Assembly (NCBI GenBank): GCA_937995785.1
Contig: CALKJQ010000035.1
Coordinates: 133 to 64,132, forward strand
Source: Candidatus Kapaibacterium sp.
GTDB lineage: Bacteria > Bacteroidota > Ignavibacteria > Kapaibacteriales > UBA2268
Reading direction: 5' to 3'
DNA length: 64,000 nucleotides
Each line of letters begins with the position of its first letter. The stretch's first letter is position 1. The notes beneath the pieces were generated by a model. The model was given only the letters and a program-made list of their open reading frames with translations. It searched no databases and was not told the DNA's origin. Positions 29,572 through 40,610 of this stretch are shown one piece after another. Made by a program: the position numbers and the translations under genes.

Positions 29572-30695
29572 CCAATACAAAACCACATATAGACTGGTTG
29601 ATATTCTTTAGTGCCTTAACTTTGATGCTATTTTCGATTGCCTTCGTTTATAGTGCGGGAATATTCTTTGCTACCTACAAAGGGATGAAACCCGAGAGCT
29701 TGTTGATGAGTCACTTTTTCAAGGTTATAGTTGCAATTTTTATTATGATTTTAGTTTCTCGATTTGATTATCACCACTGGTCTAAGATTTCAATATGGAT
29801 GATGTTATTATCATTGATTACTTTGGTGGTCGTACTTGTTGCTGGTAAAGAAGTTGGTGGGGCTGAACGCTGGATTAATTTAGGGTTTATGACATTTCAG
29901 CCATCTGAATTGGCAAAATTTTCTTTGATAATCCATTTTGCAACATTGATAAACCGCAAAGGCGAAAGCATCAAAGATTTGAAATACGGTTATCTCCCGT
30001 TTATGCTATGGATTGCTTTGTTTTCTGCTTTGATTGCTCTTCAGCCAAATTTCTCGATGATTATCATAATTTTTCTAATTGGTATGTTTATGCTTTACAT
30101 AGGCAACGCCAACATAAAACACATTCTAACGACACTTGGATTAACAGCCTTGGTTGGGGGAGTTTATGCTGTGTCGGCGCCATACCGCTTGAATAGATTA
30201 CTTTTTTATTTAGGAATGTTAGAAGGTAAAGAATTCGACAAATTAGCCTATCAAGTGGATAATTCACTCGTGGCAATTGGCAGTGGGGGCTTATTTGGTA
30301 TGGGACCTGGTGGCAGTCATCAAAATTTACTTCTAAGCGAACCCTACACCGATTTTATTCTGTCGATAATTGGCGAGGAATATGGATTTATTGGCTTGGT
30401 TGTTATTGTTGCGCTGTTTATCTTTATTTTATGGCGAGGATTCTATCTTGCCAAACGAGTAGAGGACAAGTTTGGATTCTTGCTCGTAAGTGGTATTATT
30501 TTCTCAATTTTCATATCCTTCTTGATTAATGCTTTTGTGAACACAGCATTAATTCCCACAACAGGCGTCCCACTCCCATTTTTGAGCTATGGTGGAACTT
30601 CGATATTTTTTGGAGCAACATTAATCGGAATACTCCTGAATATTTCCGTTAAAGTTTCGATGAATAAATACAAAAATCCTAAATCAGACGATTAA
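29568..30695 (+). CDS. ftsW: Peptidoglycan glycosyltransferase FtsW (SEDS family)
   Basis: Ten-TM SEDS pattern. Overlaps the murD stop (ATGA). Confidence 0.85.
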   Translation: MTNTKPHIDWLIFFSALTLMLFSIAFVYSAGIFFATYKGMKPESLLMSHFFKVIVAIFIMILVSRFDYHHWSKISIWMMLLSLITLVVVLVAGKEVGGAERWINLGFMTFQPSELAKFSLIIHFATLINRKGESIKDLKYGYLPFMLWIALFSALIALQPNFSMIIIIFLIGMFMLYIGNANIKHILTTLGLTALVGGVYAVSAPYRLNRLLFYLGMLEGKEFDKLAYQVDNSLVAIGSGGLFGMGPGGSHQNLLLSEPYTDFILSIIGEEYGFIGLVVIVALFIFILWRGFYLAKRVEDKFGFLLVSGIIFSIFISFLINAFVNTALIPTTGVPLPFLSYGGTSIFFGATLIGILLNISVKVSMNKYKNPKSDD

Positions 30696-30846
30696 AAATA
30701 TTAGTCGCAAACCTCTTAAACCTCATCTTATCAATAAACATAATTGTTTTAAGTAATCTATCCTTTTAAACAAATAAGGAAATTGATTTCAAATTCATTT
30801 TTTAATTCTTCGTCATTGATTAATTATAATTAAATAACAGAAAACT

Positions 30847-33800
30847 ATGTTAAGCTTTTTAAAAAACATATTTCCCGATAAACATAAAAGGGATATCGAC
30901 AAAATAATGCCGATTGTAAAACAAATCAATCAAATTTATGCTGAATTCGACAATTTAACCGACGAAGAAATGCGTAAGAAAAGTGAAGGCTTCAAACAAC
31001 TTGTTAAAGAACGAATTGCTGAATTAGAAACCGAAAAAGAGCAAATAATACGCGACCTACGCGAAAAAGAATTAACAAGTGGCGAAGTTATTTCCAAAAA
31101 TGAATATTTAAAGAAATTAGAAAAAGAGATATTCCAAACAGTAAACGATACATTAGACGAAATACTACCCGAAGCCTTCGCATTGGTAAAACAAGCTTGC
31201 AAACGACTAACAGAACGAGGACACAACTATGTATATGCTGGTCATCCGTCAATTTGGGAAATGATACCCTATGATGTTCAATTAATCGGAGGTATAGTTC
31301 TCCATCAAGGTAAGATTGCCGAAATGGCAACGGGCGAAGGAAAAACTTTAGTAGCTGTATTGCCTATTTATCTAAATGCTTTGGCTGGCAAGGGGGTTCA
31401 TGTTGTTACGGTTAATGATTACCTTGCTCGGCGCGATAGTGAATGGATGAAGCCGGTATATGATTTTCTTGGCGTTACCGTTGGTGCTTTGCAACAAAGT
31501 ATGCAAAGTGATGAACGCAAAAAGATTTATAATTTGGATATTGTTTATGGTACTAATTCAGAGTTTGGTTTTGATTACCTTCGCGATAATATGGTGGTGG
31601 AAGAAGAGCATATAGTCCAACGCGGTCATTGGTATGCTATTGTGGACGAGGTGGACTCGGTTTTGATAGACGAAGCCCGAACCCCTCTAATTATTTCAGG
31701 ACCCGTTGGCGATTTAGACCAAAAATATGACTTAATGAAACCGCGGGTTCGCCGATTGGTGGATGCACAAATTCAATTTGTTAATCAAATAACTGCCGAA
31801 GCCGAAAGATTGCTCCAATCCGACAAAAAAGAAGACCGCGAACAAGCTGGTATTTTATTGTTCCGAGCCCATAGGGGTTTACCAAAGCACAAAAGATTGC
31901 GAAAACTGTTGCAAGAAGGTGCAAACCTAAAATTAATGCAAGAAACAGAACTGTTCTTTCTTCGCGAAAAAGGCAAAAGAATGCCCGAAATCGATGAAGA
32001 ATTATTTTATGTTATCGAAGAAAAGCACCATCAAATCGATATTACCGAAAAAGGAAGAAATTTATTAACTAATAGTGGCGAAGATCCCGAGTTATTCGTA
32101 TTGCCCGATATTGCGGCGGAAATGAGTAAACTCGCAGTAGATAATTCGATAACCGAACAGGAAAAACAACTTAAAATTGACGAAATAAACAGAATATTTG
32201 CACAGAGAAGTGATATAATCCACACAGTAACATCTCTATTGAGAGCATATTCTCTTTACGAAAAAGATGTGGAATACGTTGTTCAAGATGGAAAAGTGCA
32301 AATAGTGGACGAATTTACGGGTAGGATTCTCGATGGGCGTCGCTATTCCGAAGGATTACACCAAGCTATCGAAGCCAAAGAAAATGTGAAAGTCCAACGC
32401 GATACCCAAACATTGGCAACAATTACATTGCAAAATTATTTCCGCTTATACAAAAAATTAGCAGGTATGACCGGAACTGCCGAAACTGAAGCCGGCGAGT
32501 TCGAAAAAATATACAACTTAGATGTTGTTGTTATTCCAACCAACAGACCAATAACCCGAAAAGATTATGACGACTTGATTTACCGCACTACACGAGAAAA
32601 ATATAATGCAATTGTCGAAGAAGTTCAAAAAATTCTGCAAGAAGGTCGAGCAGTTTTGGTGGGAACAGCATCGGTAGAAGTATCGGAAATTATCTCTAAA
32701 ATGTTAACCAGAGCAAAAATTCAACACAACGTGCTGAATGCGAAACAACACGAAAAAGAAGCGGATATCATTGCCCAAGCCGGACACAAAGGAGCAGTTA
32801 CAATTGCTACAAATATGGCGGGTCGGGGTACGGATATTAAATTAGATCCCGAAGTTAAACGAAATGGCGGACTAGCAATCATAGGTTCGGAACGCCACGA
32901 AGCACGCCGTATCGACAGACAGCTTCGTGGGCGTGCTGGTCGCCAGGGCGATCCGGGTAGTTCAATATTCTTTATCTCATTAGAAGATAAACTGATGAGA
33001 CTATTTGCAGCCGAGAGAATTGCCAATTTGATGAACAAATTCAAATTCCCCGAAAACGAACCTATCACTCATTCAATGATTACCAAAACAGTTGAGAATG
33101 CACAGAAAAAAGTGGAAGAAAATAACTTTTCTATCCGCAAGCATCTATTGGAATACGACGATGTGATGAATATGCAAAGAGAGTTAGTATATAATAAGCG
33201 AAAGATGGCTCTGCGAGGCGACAGATTAAAAGGTGAAATTTTCGATTATATCGAAGATTTAGCATATCAGTGGTATGAAATTTATCATAAAGAAGAGGAT
33301 TTAAAGGGACTTAAAAATGCCGTCAGAGCACTGCTACTATGCGAAATCAATATAAATGATGATGATTTTAAAACGATGAAAGAAATCGAAGTTGTGAATG
33401 AAATAATGAGAGCGGCAGACGAGTTTTATCGACGAAAAGAAGAAATGCTTGGCAAAGAATTTATGGCACAATTAGAAAAATATGCAGTTCTCCAAACAAT
33501 CGACGATAAGTGGAAAGAACATTTACGCATTATGGATGAGATTAAAGAAGGTATTAATTTAAGAGCGTATGGACAAAAAGACCCATTATTAGAATACAAA
33601 CAAGAAGCAGCACATCAATTCGAAGAATTGCTTAAAGAAATTTCAATAGGCTCGGTTGGTATTGCTTTCAAATATTTCCCACAAATGCAAGTTCAGGTGC
33701 AACAAGCACCCGAGAAAACTCCACCGAGGGTAAAATCGAATAACTTACAAGGTCGAGGAATTCGTTATGGACGCGACGAAGAAGCCGCACAATTTGTTGC

Positions 33801-33963
33801 CAGAGCAACCGCACCACGAGCACAAGAAAGCGAATCTGCACGGGCTACAGCAGTGGAAACATACCGACGCACCGAAACTAAGGTTGGACGAAACGACCCT
33901 TGCCCTTGTGGGAGTGGTAAAAAATACAAACATTGCCACGGCAAAGAAATGAATTTAAATTAA
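30847..33963 (+). CDS. secA: Preprotein translocase ATPase SecA
   Basis: 1038 aa. DEAD motor motifs and a C-terminal zinc finger ([14 protein letters not shown]). Confidence 0.95.
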   Translation: MLSFLKNIFPDKHKRDIDKIMPIVKQINQIYAEFDNLTDEEMRKKSEGFKQLVKERIAELETEKEQIIRDLREKELTSGEVISKNEYLKKLEKEIFQTVNDTLDEILPEAFALVKQACKRLTERGHNYVYAGHPSIWEMIPYDVQLIGGIVLHQGKIAEMATGEGKTLVAVLPIYLNALAGKGVHVVTVNDYLARRDSEWMKPVYDFLGVTVGALQQSMQSDERKKIYNLDIVYGTNSEFGFDYLRDNMVVEEEHIVQRGHWYAIVDEVDSVLIDEARTPLIISGPVGDLDQKYDLMKPRVRRLVDAQIQFVNQITAEAERLLQSDKKEDREQAGILLFRAHRGLPKHKRLRKLLQEGANLKLMQETELFFLREKGKRMPEIDEELFYVIEEKHHQIDITEKGRNLLTNSGEDPELFVLPDIAAEMSKLAVDNSITEQEKQLKIDEINRIFAQRSDIIHTVTSLLRAYSLYEKDVEYVVQDGKVQIVDEFTGRILDGRRYSEGLHQAIEAKENVKVQRDTQTLATITLQNYFRLYKKLAGMTGTAETEAGEFEKIYNLDVVVIPTNRPITRKDYDDLIYRTTREKYNAIVEEVQKILQEGRAVLVGTASVEVSEIISKMLTRAKIQHNVLNAKQHEKEADIIAQAGHKGAVTIATNMAGRGTDIKLDPEVKRNGGLAIIGSERHEARRIDRQLRGRAGRQGDPGSSIFFISLEDKLMRLFAAERIANLMNKFKFPENEPITHSMITKTVENAQKKVEENNFSIRKHLLEYDDVMNMQRELVYNKRKMALRGDRLKGEIFDYIEDLAYQWYEIYHKEEDLKGLKNAVRALLLCEININDDDFKTMKEIEVVNEIMRAADEFYRRKEEMLGKEFMAQLEKYAVLQTIDDKWKEHLRIMDEIKEGINLRAYGQKDPLLEYKQEAAHQFEELLKEISIGSVGIAFKYFPQMQVQVQQAPEKTPPRVKSNNLQGRGIRYGRDEEAAQFVARATAPRAQESESARATAVETYRRTETKVGRNDPCPCGSGKKYKHCHGKEMNLN

Positions 33964-33986
33964 AACTCTTAACCCGAGATTTATAC

Positions 33987-34030
33987 GAAAAGGCTGCTTC
34001 GGTTCATACGAAACAGCCTTTTTAATTTTT
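33987..34030. terminator. Bidirectional rho-independent terminator
   Basis: GAAAAGGCTG...CAGCCTTTTTAATTTTTTT. Between convergent secA and the FKBP gene. Confidence 0.7.
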
Positions 34031-34053
34031 TTGTCGGCAAGATAATTGGACAA

Positions 34054-34860
34054 TTATCTTTTGTCGGGAGGTGGTTGGTTTGGAATAGGTTGTGCATCAG
34101 GAGGCAATTGTTGTATTTGCATATTTGGAGGCATTTCAATCTTTTTTGCATCTAAAAGATCAACTTCGAAAATAATAATTGCATTAGGTGGAATAGGACC
34201 GCTTCCGCGAGGACCAAATGCTAAATCTGGTGGAAATACAAAGCGGTATTTGCCGCCAACTTTCATCTGACGAGTTGCTTCCTCCCAGCCGGGAAATAGA
34301 CCGCGAACCGGAAACTCCACGGGATTATTTTTTGCCATAGAATCAAAAACTTCGCCATTGGAAAAAGATGCAACAAATTTTATTTTCAAAATATCTTCTG
34401 GTTTTGGTGTTTGTCCCTTACCTTCTTTCAATACTTCCCACATCAAACCCGTTTTTGAAATTTTTACGCCCGATTTCGATTTAAATTCAGCGATAAATTG
34501 TTCGTTTGTTTTGGCAAGTTCTTTGGATTTTTCTTGTCTTTGTTGTTCAAATTGTTGTTCCTGTTGCATTTGTTTGCTCTGTAGTCTTTGCTGTAATTTG
34601 CTGATAACCATCCCCATAACACTATCGGGGAAAGCAATATTAGCACTATCTTTGCCAGCTTTGAACCCTTTGGCATAGTTTTCGAAGTTTAAATTCAACG
34701 AATCTCTACGGGCATTTGCTCCTAATTGCACACCAAGTGCATAGCTAAGAGAATCATCAAATGTTTTAAATTCTGGTTTACCAGTCATCGAAGTTCCATC
34801 GTTATCGCAACCAATTATTAATGGGATGATTGCCAAGATTATTATTAATCTTATTTTCAT
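34054..34860 (-). CDS. fkpA: FKBP-type peptidyl-prolyl cis-trans isomerase (FkpA/Mip-like lipoprotein) with Pro/Gln-rich C-terminal tail
   Basis: Lipobox IIGC. FKBP domain (FDSM...FPV..LFPGWEEA). C-terminal proline-rich tail. Likely start is the ATG at 34860 rather than the track start at 34893. Confidence 0.8.
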   Translation of the reverse strand: MKIRLIIILAIIPLIIGCDNDGTSMTGKPEFKTFDDSLSYALGVQLGANARRDSLNLNFENYAKGFKAGKDSANIAFPDSVMGMVISKLQQRLQSKQMQQEQQFEQQRQEKSKELAKTNEQFIAEFKSKSGVKISKTGLMWEVLKEGKGQTPKPEDILKIKFVASFSNGEVFDSMAKNNPVEFPVRGLFPGWEEATRQMKVGGKYRFVFPPDLAFGPRGSGPIPPNAIIIFEVDLLDAKKIEMPPNMQIQQLPPDAQPIPNQPPPDKR

Positions 34861-35023
34861 ATTTACCTTGATATTAAAAAAAATAAAACACAAAATTAAG
34901 TAGAATAAATCAAATTTGTGAAAATAAAAAAAATTTGTATAATATTGTGCAAAATTGATTTTTTTTTGCTAATTTAATATAATTATTTATGTAATTATTA
35001 AAAATTATTAAAACTGAGGAAAG

Positions 35024-36451
35024 GTGGCAAAAAACTACACAATCGTAATAATTGAAGATGACCCTTTGGTTAATGAATCGGTTCAAAATGTATTGCTAAG
35101 TAAGTATAACAGAGTTGAAGCATTCACCGATCCAAACGAAGGAATTAATCAATTACACAAGATTTCTCCCGATTTATTAATTCTCGACATATTTTTGGGT
35201 TATGCCAATGGGTTGGATATATTAGAGCAATTACGAAAACAGGGCTATACGATGCCTGTTATCATAATGACTGCTTTTTCGGATATTAAGATGGCTGTTC
35301 GTGCTATGAAATTGGGAGCAGAAGATTTTATCGTTAAACCTTTGGACTTAGATCAGTTGGAAGTAACAGTAGAGCGGGCTCTTAAGAATTTTGAATTACG
35401 TCGAAAAGTTGATTTGCTAAGCGAACAAATCAAGAAAGAACAGCCAAGTGAGATTATTGGTAATAGCGATGGTGTGATAAAAGCTTTAGAACTGGGCAAA
35501 CTCGTTGCCAAAACCGAGGATACTACTGTTCTAATCTATGGAGAAACCGGTACAGGCAAAGAATTGATGGCTCGATATATCCACGATCACTCCCCCCGAG
35601 CCAATGGTCCTTTCGTTAGTGTAAACTGTGGTGCAATTCCTCGAGAATTAGCCGAAAACGAATTTTTTGGTTACGAAAAAGGAGCATTCACGGGTGCAAC
35701 CGAAAAGATGCGTCCCGGCAAGTTCGAGCAAGCCCAACACGGCACAATTCTATTGGATGAAATTAGTGAACTTAGCATGGATTTGCAAGTAAAATTGCTT
35801 AGGGTGCTTCAGGAGAGAAAGTTTTATCGATTAGGCGGTACCAAAGAAATTTCTGTAGATGTGCGTGTGATTGCCAGTACAAACAAAGAATTAGAACAAT
35901 TGGTGGAAGAGGGAAAATTCAGAGAAGACTTGTACTACAGATTGAATGTAGCCAAGATAACTTTGCCGCCATTGCGAGAGCGAGGCGAGGATGTGCTTCA
36001 AATTGCAAATGCAGGTATTGCCGAATTCAACCGAAAATTTGGCAAGTCGATAAAGGGATTTACCGACGATGCAATTGCAGTAATTTTAAATTACCCTTGG
36101 AAAGGAAATATTAGAGAATTGCGTAATGCAATCGAAAGAATTGTATTGATGGAAAACAAAGATTTAATAGATGTGGAGGCATTATCTTTCCTTAAAGGTA
36201 TTAGTTTTGTTAGTTCCAACAAAGGACCATTGCCACCCGAGACATACCTTTCGCCAGGTAAACATTACTTAAAAGTTTCGTCGACGGGAGCAAGCTACAA
36301 CGAGGTAACAAAAGATTTGATTGAACAAGTTTTGAAGATATCTAAAGGCAATCAAATTAAAGCCGCTAAAATATTGGGTATATCTCGTGCAAAACTGAGG
36401 TACAGAATAGAACAATTGGCAATAAATTCAAATCCGAAAATATTAGAATAA
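35024..36451 (+). CDS. Sigma-54-dependent response regulator (NtrC family: receiver-AAA+-HTH)
   Basis: Receiver domain (LLILDIFLGYANGLD). Sigma-54 interaction motif GAFTGA. ESELFGHEKGAFTG-like box. C-terminal Fis-type HTH. Confidence 0.85.
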   Translation: MAKNYTIVIIEDDPLVNESVQNVLLSKYNRVEAFTDPNEGINQLHKISPDLLILDIFLGYANGLDILEQLRKQGYTMPVIIMTAFSDIKMAVRAMKLGAEDFIVKPLDLDQLEVTVERALKNFELRRKVDLLSEQIKKEQPSEIIGNSDGVIKALELGKLVAKTEDTTVLIYGETGTGKELMARYIHDHSPRANGPFVSVNCGAIPRELAENEFFGYEKGAFTGATEKMRPGKFEQAQHGTILLDEISELSMDLQVKLLRVLQERKFYRLGGTKEISVDVRVIASTNKELEQLVEEGKFREDLYYRLNVAKITLPPLRERGEDVLQIANAGIAEFNRKFGKSIKGFTDDAIAVILNYPWKGNIRELRNAIERIVLMENKDLIDVEALSFLKGISFVSSNKGPLPPETYLSPGKHYLKVSSTGASYNEVTKDLIEQVLKISKGNQIKAAKILGISRAKLRYRIEQLAINSNPKILE

Positions 36452-36508
36452 AAGCGAAATAATAGATAAAAAATTATTAATTTACAAAAAATAAAATAGC
36501 AAAAGATA

Positions 36509-37828
36509 ATGAGTTTGGAAGATAAAATTGCGACATTAAAAACAGATTTATTGCCTGCAAATCGACGTAGAGCTGCAGAGGATTTATTAAGAAATATTGA
36601 TGAAATAAACCACGATGTTATTAAAGTGCTTTGCGAATCATTAGCGGACAACGACAAAGGCGTTCGAGATGTAATTGCTACAAATATAACTCAATTGGGA
36701 CCTGTTTGGAATGATGTGGTTTGTCAGTATGTAACACCATTTATAAAAAGTGATAGAATCGAAATCCGAAATTTGGTTACCGATATTTTACTTACAATTA
36801 GACCCACAAATATTTTTACGATAGCACACTATTTCGACGACCCCAACCCCGATAATGTTAAATTTGCAATCGATATTGCGGGATTGATTGCACCACCAGA
36901 TTATTTAGAACTTATATTCGAAAAAATCGATCATTCAGATTCCAATGTTCGTTGTTCGGTTGTCGAAGCAATTGGCAACATATATCAAAATTACCCCGAC
37001 AATAATTTCGACAAAGCATTGCTTATCGAGCGACTCGAAGTATTATATTGGAACGATGAAGATTTAAAACCTTTTATAATCGAGGCATTAGGAAAAATTG
37101 GAGGCGAGGAATCCCAGAACTTTTTAATTTCTTTGATTAACAACGAAAGTAATTTCTTTTTACGCGTTGCTGCGATAGATGGATTAGCTATTTGCGGCAC
37201 AGAAATAGGTGTTTGCTACAAATTGTTAGATCTTTTCGAGTCGGTAAACGATGAGTTGAAAATTCTCTTTTTAAAGTCCATTTTTGCAATTTCTTTTAGA
37301 GTAGGCGAATCAATCGAACTGCCAAATCAATATAGATATGTAGCCCAATTAGCATTAATGGAAAATGATCCAGATACGTATGGGGCTGGTTTGGTTGCAC
37401 TTGGGAGTAATTATACCAAAGAAGATGTTCCCTACTTACTGAAGGTTGTTTTCAGAAACGACTCGGAAATTAACCAATATATGATCCATAATCTTGTCAA
37501 TTCCCAAGATCCCGTCGTAATTGAAGAATTTATAAAACAATTGTTTGTTAAATACGATCCCTCCGACACGGAAAATTTAGACTTTTTAGCATTTATATCG
37601 CAAGAAGCAACAAACGCTTCGCCCGTAAATATTCAAGTTTTAATTAAATCTCTTGTAAAAAATACTATATATCAAAAACCAATGTATTGGGAAAACATAA
37701 TCACATATTGCTTAGAAATTTCGCACGAAATCACAATCAAAGAATTAGAAAAAATGTATAACATATCGGATACTTCCGAATTGAATTACATTAACGATAT
37801 TTTACAAAAATTTGAAATTACCTTTTAA
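36509..37828 (+). CDS. HEAT/PBS-lyase-like repeat protein
   Basis: 439 aa built from repeated helical units of the form ...R..A..ALG.IG.... Confidence 0.55.
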   Translation: MSLEDKIATLKTDLLPANRRRAAEDLLRNIDEINHDVIKVLCESLADNDKGVRDVIATNITQLGPVWNDVVCQYVTPFIKSDRIEIRNLVTDILLTIRPTNIFTIAHYFDDPNPDNVKFAIDIAGLIAPPDYLELIFEKIDHSDSNVRCSVVEAIGNIYQNYPDNNFDKALLIERLEVLYWNDEDLKPFIIEALGKIGGEESQNFLISLINNESNFFLRVAAIDGLAICGTEIGVCYKLLDLFESVNDELKILFLKSIFAISFRVGESIELPNQYRYVAQLALMENDPDTYGAGLVALGSNYTKEDVPYLLKVVFRNDSEINQYMIHNLVNSQDPVVIEEFIKQLFVKYDPSDTENLDFLAFISQEATNASPVNIQVLIKSLVKNTIYQKPMYWENIITYCLEISHEITIKELEKMYNISDTSELNYINDILQKFEITF

Positions 37829-37843
37829 CAAAAGAAGACAATA

Positions 37844-38764
37844 ATGGCAAGTGGCTTATTCAAATTCGGACAACAACTGCAACAGCAACCACCACCCAGG
37901 CCTCGTCCGCTGGACATAGGAGCAGACGGATCAAATAAATTTGAACTGAGTGACGCAACATTTATGGAATTTAGAAATTTTGTTTACGAAAAAAGTGGTA
38001 TTTATTTTAATGAAAGTAAAAAGTATTTATTTGAAAGCAGAATAGAAAAAAGGATTCAATCTCTCAATTTATCGAGTTTCGAGGAGTATTTGCGATATAT
38101 CAAATCCCCAAGCAATCTCGAAGAACTTCATCAAATGTATGATGCTATTACTATCAACGAAACTTACTTTTTTCGGGCTCCACAACAATTCGAAGCGGTC
38201 GAAAAAATAATAGTACCCGAACTAATCCAGGAAAAGCAAGGTAAATCCAATTATGTCCGTTTTTGGAGTGCAGCTTCGTCCACAGGCGAAGAAGCCTACA
38301 CATTAGCTTTGCTTGTGAACGAATATCTAAAGCCACGCTACCCAGGGATTACTTTCCAAATTTTGGCAAGCGATATCAACACCCAGGTTGTTGAGTTTGC
38401 TCGAAGAGGAGTTTATAAGGAATATGCAATTCGAAACGTTCCGCCTCATATGCTCAGTAAATACTTCAAAAGTAATGGAATGACCTATGAATTGAACGAG
38501 GAAATACGCAAAATGGTTCGATTTGCAAACATCAATTTATACGACGAAAAAGCAGTTAAAACAATAACTGGAGTAGATATTATTTTTTGTGCAAATGTAT
38601 TGATTTATTTCGATATTCCCTCGAAGCAGAAGGTAGTGTCTTTTTTATACGATGTGTTGAATCCGGGAGGATACTTGTTTATAGGTTATTCAGAATCATT
38701 GCATGGTATCAGCAAGGCATTTTCGTTGATCCATTTACCAAAAGCTCTGGCATATAAAAAGTAA
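37844..38764 (+). CDS. cheR: Chemotaxis protein methyltransferase CheR
   Basis: SAM-binding region (RFWSAASSTGEEAYTLA, IFCANVLIYFD). Confidence 0.85.
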   Translation: MASGLFKFGQQLQQQPPPRPRPLDIGADGSNKFELSDATFMEFRNFVYEKSGIYFNESKKYLFESRIEKRIQSLNLSSFEEYLRYIKSPSNLEELHQMYDAITINETYFFRAPQQFEAVEKIIVPELIQEKQGKSNYVRFWSAASSTGEEAYTLALLVNEYLKPRYPGITFQILASDINTQVVEFARRGVYKEYAIRNVPPHMLSKYFKSNGMTYELNEEIRKMVRFANINLYDEKAVKTITGVDIIFCANVLIYFDIPSKQKVVSFLYDVLNPGGYLFIGYSESLHGISKAFSLIHLPKALAYKK

Positions 38765-38777
38765 GGAGTATATTAAA

Positions 38778-39143
38778 ATGGCAAGAACAATTTTAGTAGC
38801 AGAGGACTCGTCATCAATCAGAAAATTTATCACATTGGCGCTCAAAATGGCTGGTTATAACGTGATTGACGCTGTTGATGGAATGGATGCAATCGAAAAA
38901 ATGAGTGGTCAGGAGATAGATCTGGTAGTTACTGATTTAAATATGCCTAATGTTGATGGGTTTAACCTAATTCGGACTATTAGAGAAAATCCCAAGAACG
39001 CCGATTTACCTATTTTAATACTCACTTCGTTGAACAACGAACGAGATATTAGAGAAGCGATGGATGCTGGTGCAAATTCCTATTTAATTAAACCATTTAA
39101 TGATAAAAAATTATTATACGAGATTTCAAAATATATAAATTGA
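38778..39143 (+). CDS. CheY-like single-domain response regulator
   Basis: Receiver motifs (DLNMPNVDG, IKPF). Confidence 0.75.
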   Translation: MARTILVAEDSSSIRKFITLALKMAGYNVIDAVDGMDAIEKMSGQEIDLVVTDLNMPNVDGFNLIRTIRENPKNADLPILILTSLNNERDIREAMDAGANSYLIKPFNDKKLLYEISKYIN

Positions 39144-39163
39144 AAAATAAAGAGGATTAAAAT

Positions 39164-39538
39164 ATGCGTTTTTTAGTTGTTGATGACTCACCCACAATGC
39201 GAAGAATTGTAATCAATGCCCTGAAAACATTTGGTTACAATGATTTCGTTGAAGCAGGCGAAGGGCAAGAAGCGCTTACTAAGTTGGCATCCGAGCCAGT
39301 CGATTTTGTTATTACCGATTGGAATATGCCGATTATGAATGGTTTGGATTTAACCAAAACAATTCGATCTACGCCAAATTTAAGTCATCTTCCTATTCTT
39401 ATGGTAACAACTCGAGGTTTGAAACAAGATATAATCGAAGCCCTTAAAGCCAAAGTTAACAATTATGTGGTTAAACCATTCACACCTCAAGTTCTCAAAG
39501 AAAAGATTGACGCCGTCCTTTCCACTGTGCAAGGTTAA
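39164..39538 (+). CDS. cheY: Chemotaxis response regulator CheY
   Basis: DWNMPIMNGLDL, T in MVTTRG, K in VVKPF. Classic CheY residues. Confidence 0.8.
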   Translation: MRFLVVDDSPTMRRIVINALKTFGYNDFVEAGEGQEALTKLASEPVDFVITDWNMPIMNGLDLTKTIRSTPNLSHLPILMVTTRGLKQDIIEALKAKVNNYVVKPFTPQVLKEKIDAVLSTVQG

Positions 39539-39554
39539 AGGGAGTGGGGGAACA

Positions 39555-40598
39555 ATGAAAAAGAACTTGAAAGATATGCTCGATAAAGCCAATGAATTGC
39601 GTGCTTTGTTCATTTTTGGTCAAAGAGTTATTCCATTCCTCGAAGAAATATTTATTTTCGTAAGCGAAATTGAACCATTATTGGAAGAAATCAACGTTTC
39701 GATTGCCGAAAACTTAAAGAAGATGCCAAATGCTACTAAACAACTCTCGAAGGTTACCGAAGCCACCGAATTGGCAACAACCGAAATAATGGATATTCTG
39801 GACAATCTCACTTACAAAACTGACGTAATTTCGCGCAACATAAACCAATTGAGAGAAATAAAAGATCACCAAATATTGTCGTCATCCAAGTTGTTAGAAA
39901 TATTGCACAAAGGGATACAGGCAAACGAAAATTTAAATGACTATTTGCCCGAAATATCCAAAGCTATGGAATTGATTAAAGAAAACGAGGCAGCTTTGTT
40001 CGATAAAACTATAAATGAAACCAATTCGATATTGGATAGTATCAATATGGATTCCAGCTCTATAATGATGAGTTTGCAAGTCCAAGATATAACAAGTCAG
40101 CAATTAGCAGCTGTGAATCACCTAATAGAAACTGTTCAAGAAAAATTATTAAAGATAATAGAAAAATTCGAAAAAACCAGTATCGATACACTTATCGAGA
40201 AGCCCAACAATCAAGAATTTAATTCCAATGTTTCAAAGCTACATAGGGATATTGCATTCGATCCCGATGCAGTTAAAACAACTTTGGAAAAAGAAGGAAT
40301 GCAGTCCTCAGTTGATGAATTAATTAAAATGCATAAAGTGGACTTAAATAACGAAGATCCACCCGAACATACATTGCAAGATGATATCGATAAATTAGTT
40401 TCGTCTGATTTGAGCGAAATCGAAAATGAAGATATTGACTTCGACACATTAAAAAAGCAGTTCGAAACTGAAAATAATATAAATATTGCAGATAACCAAA
40501 CCGAAGAACTTATTGAAGAAGAGCAAGACATCGACTTGAATAATCTTGACGAACCATTTTCGCAAGATGATATAGATGCATTATTCGGAAAAAAATAA
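39555..40598 (+). CDS. cheZ: CheZ-like CheY-P phosphatase (divergent, long form)
   Basis: IMMSLQVQDITSQQLAAVNHLIETVQEKLL aligns with E. coli CheZ [30 protein letters not shown], including the catalytic Q of QDLTGQ. C-terminal DDIDALFG matches the CheZ C-terminal CheY-binding peptide (DDLLDSLGF). The track ORF starts at 39465, overlapping cheY; the ATG at 39555 has a GGAGTGGGGG RBS. Confidence 0.65.
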   Translation: MKKNLKDMLDKANELRALFIFGQRVIPFLEEIFIFVSEIEPLLEEINVSIAENLKKMPNATKQLSKVTEATELATTEIMDILDNLTYKTDVISRNINQLREIKDHQILSSSKLLEILHKGIQANENLNDYLPEISKAMELIKENEAALFDKTINETNSILDSINMDSSSIMMSLQVQDITSQQLAAVNHLIETVQEKLLKIIEKFEKTSIDTLIEKPNNQEFNSNVSKLHRDIAFDPDAVKTTLEKEGMQSSVDELIKMHKVDLNNEDPPEHTLQDDIDKLVSSDLSEIENEDIDFDTLKKQFETENNINIADNQTEELIEEEQDIDLNNLDEPFSQDDIDALFGKK

Positions 40599-40610
40599 AA
40601 GGTAAAACAT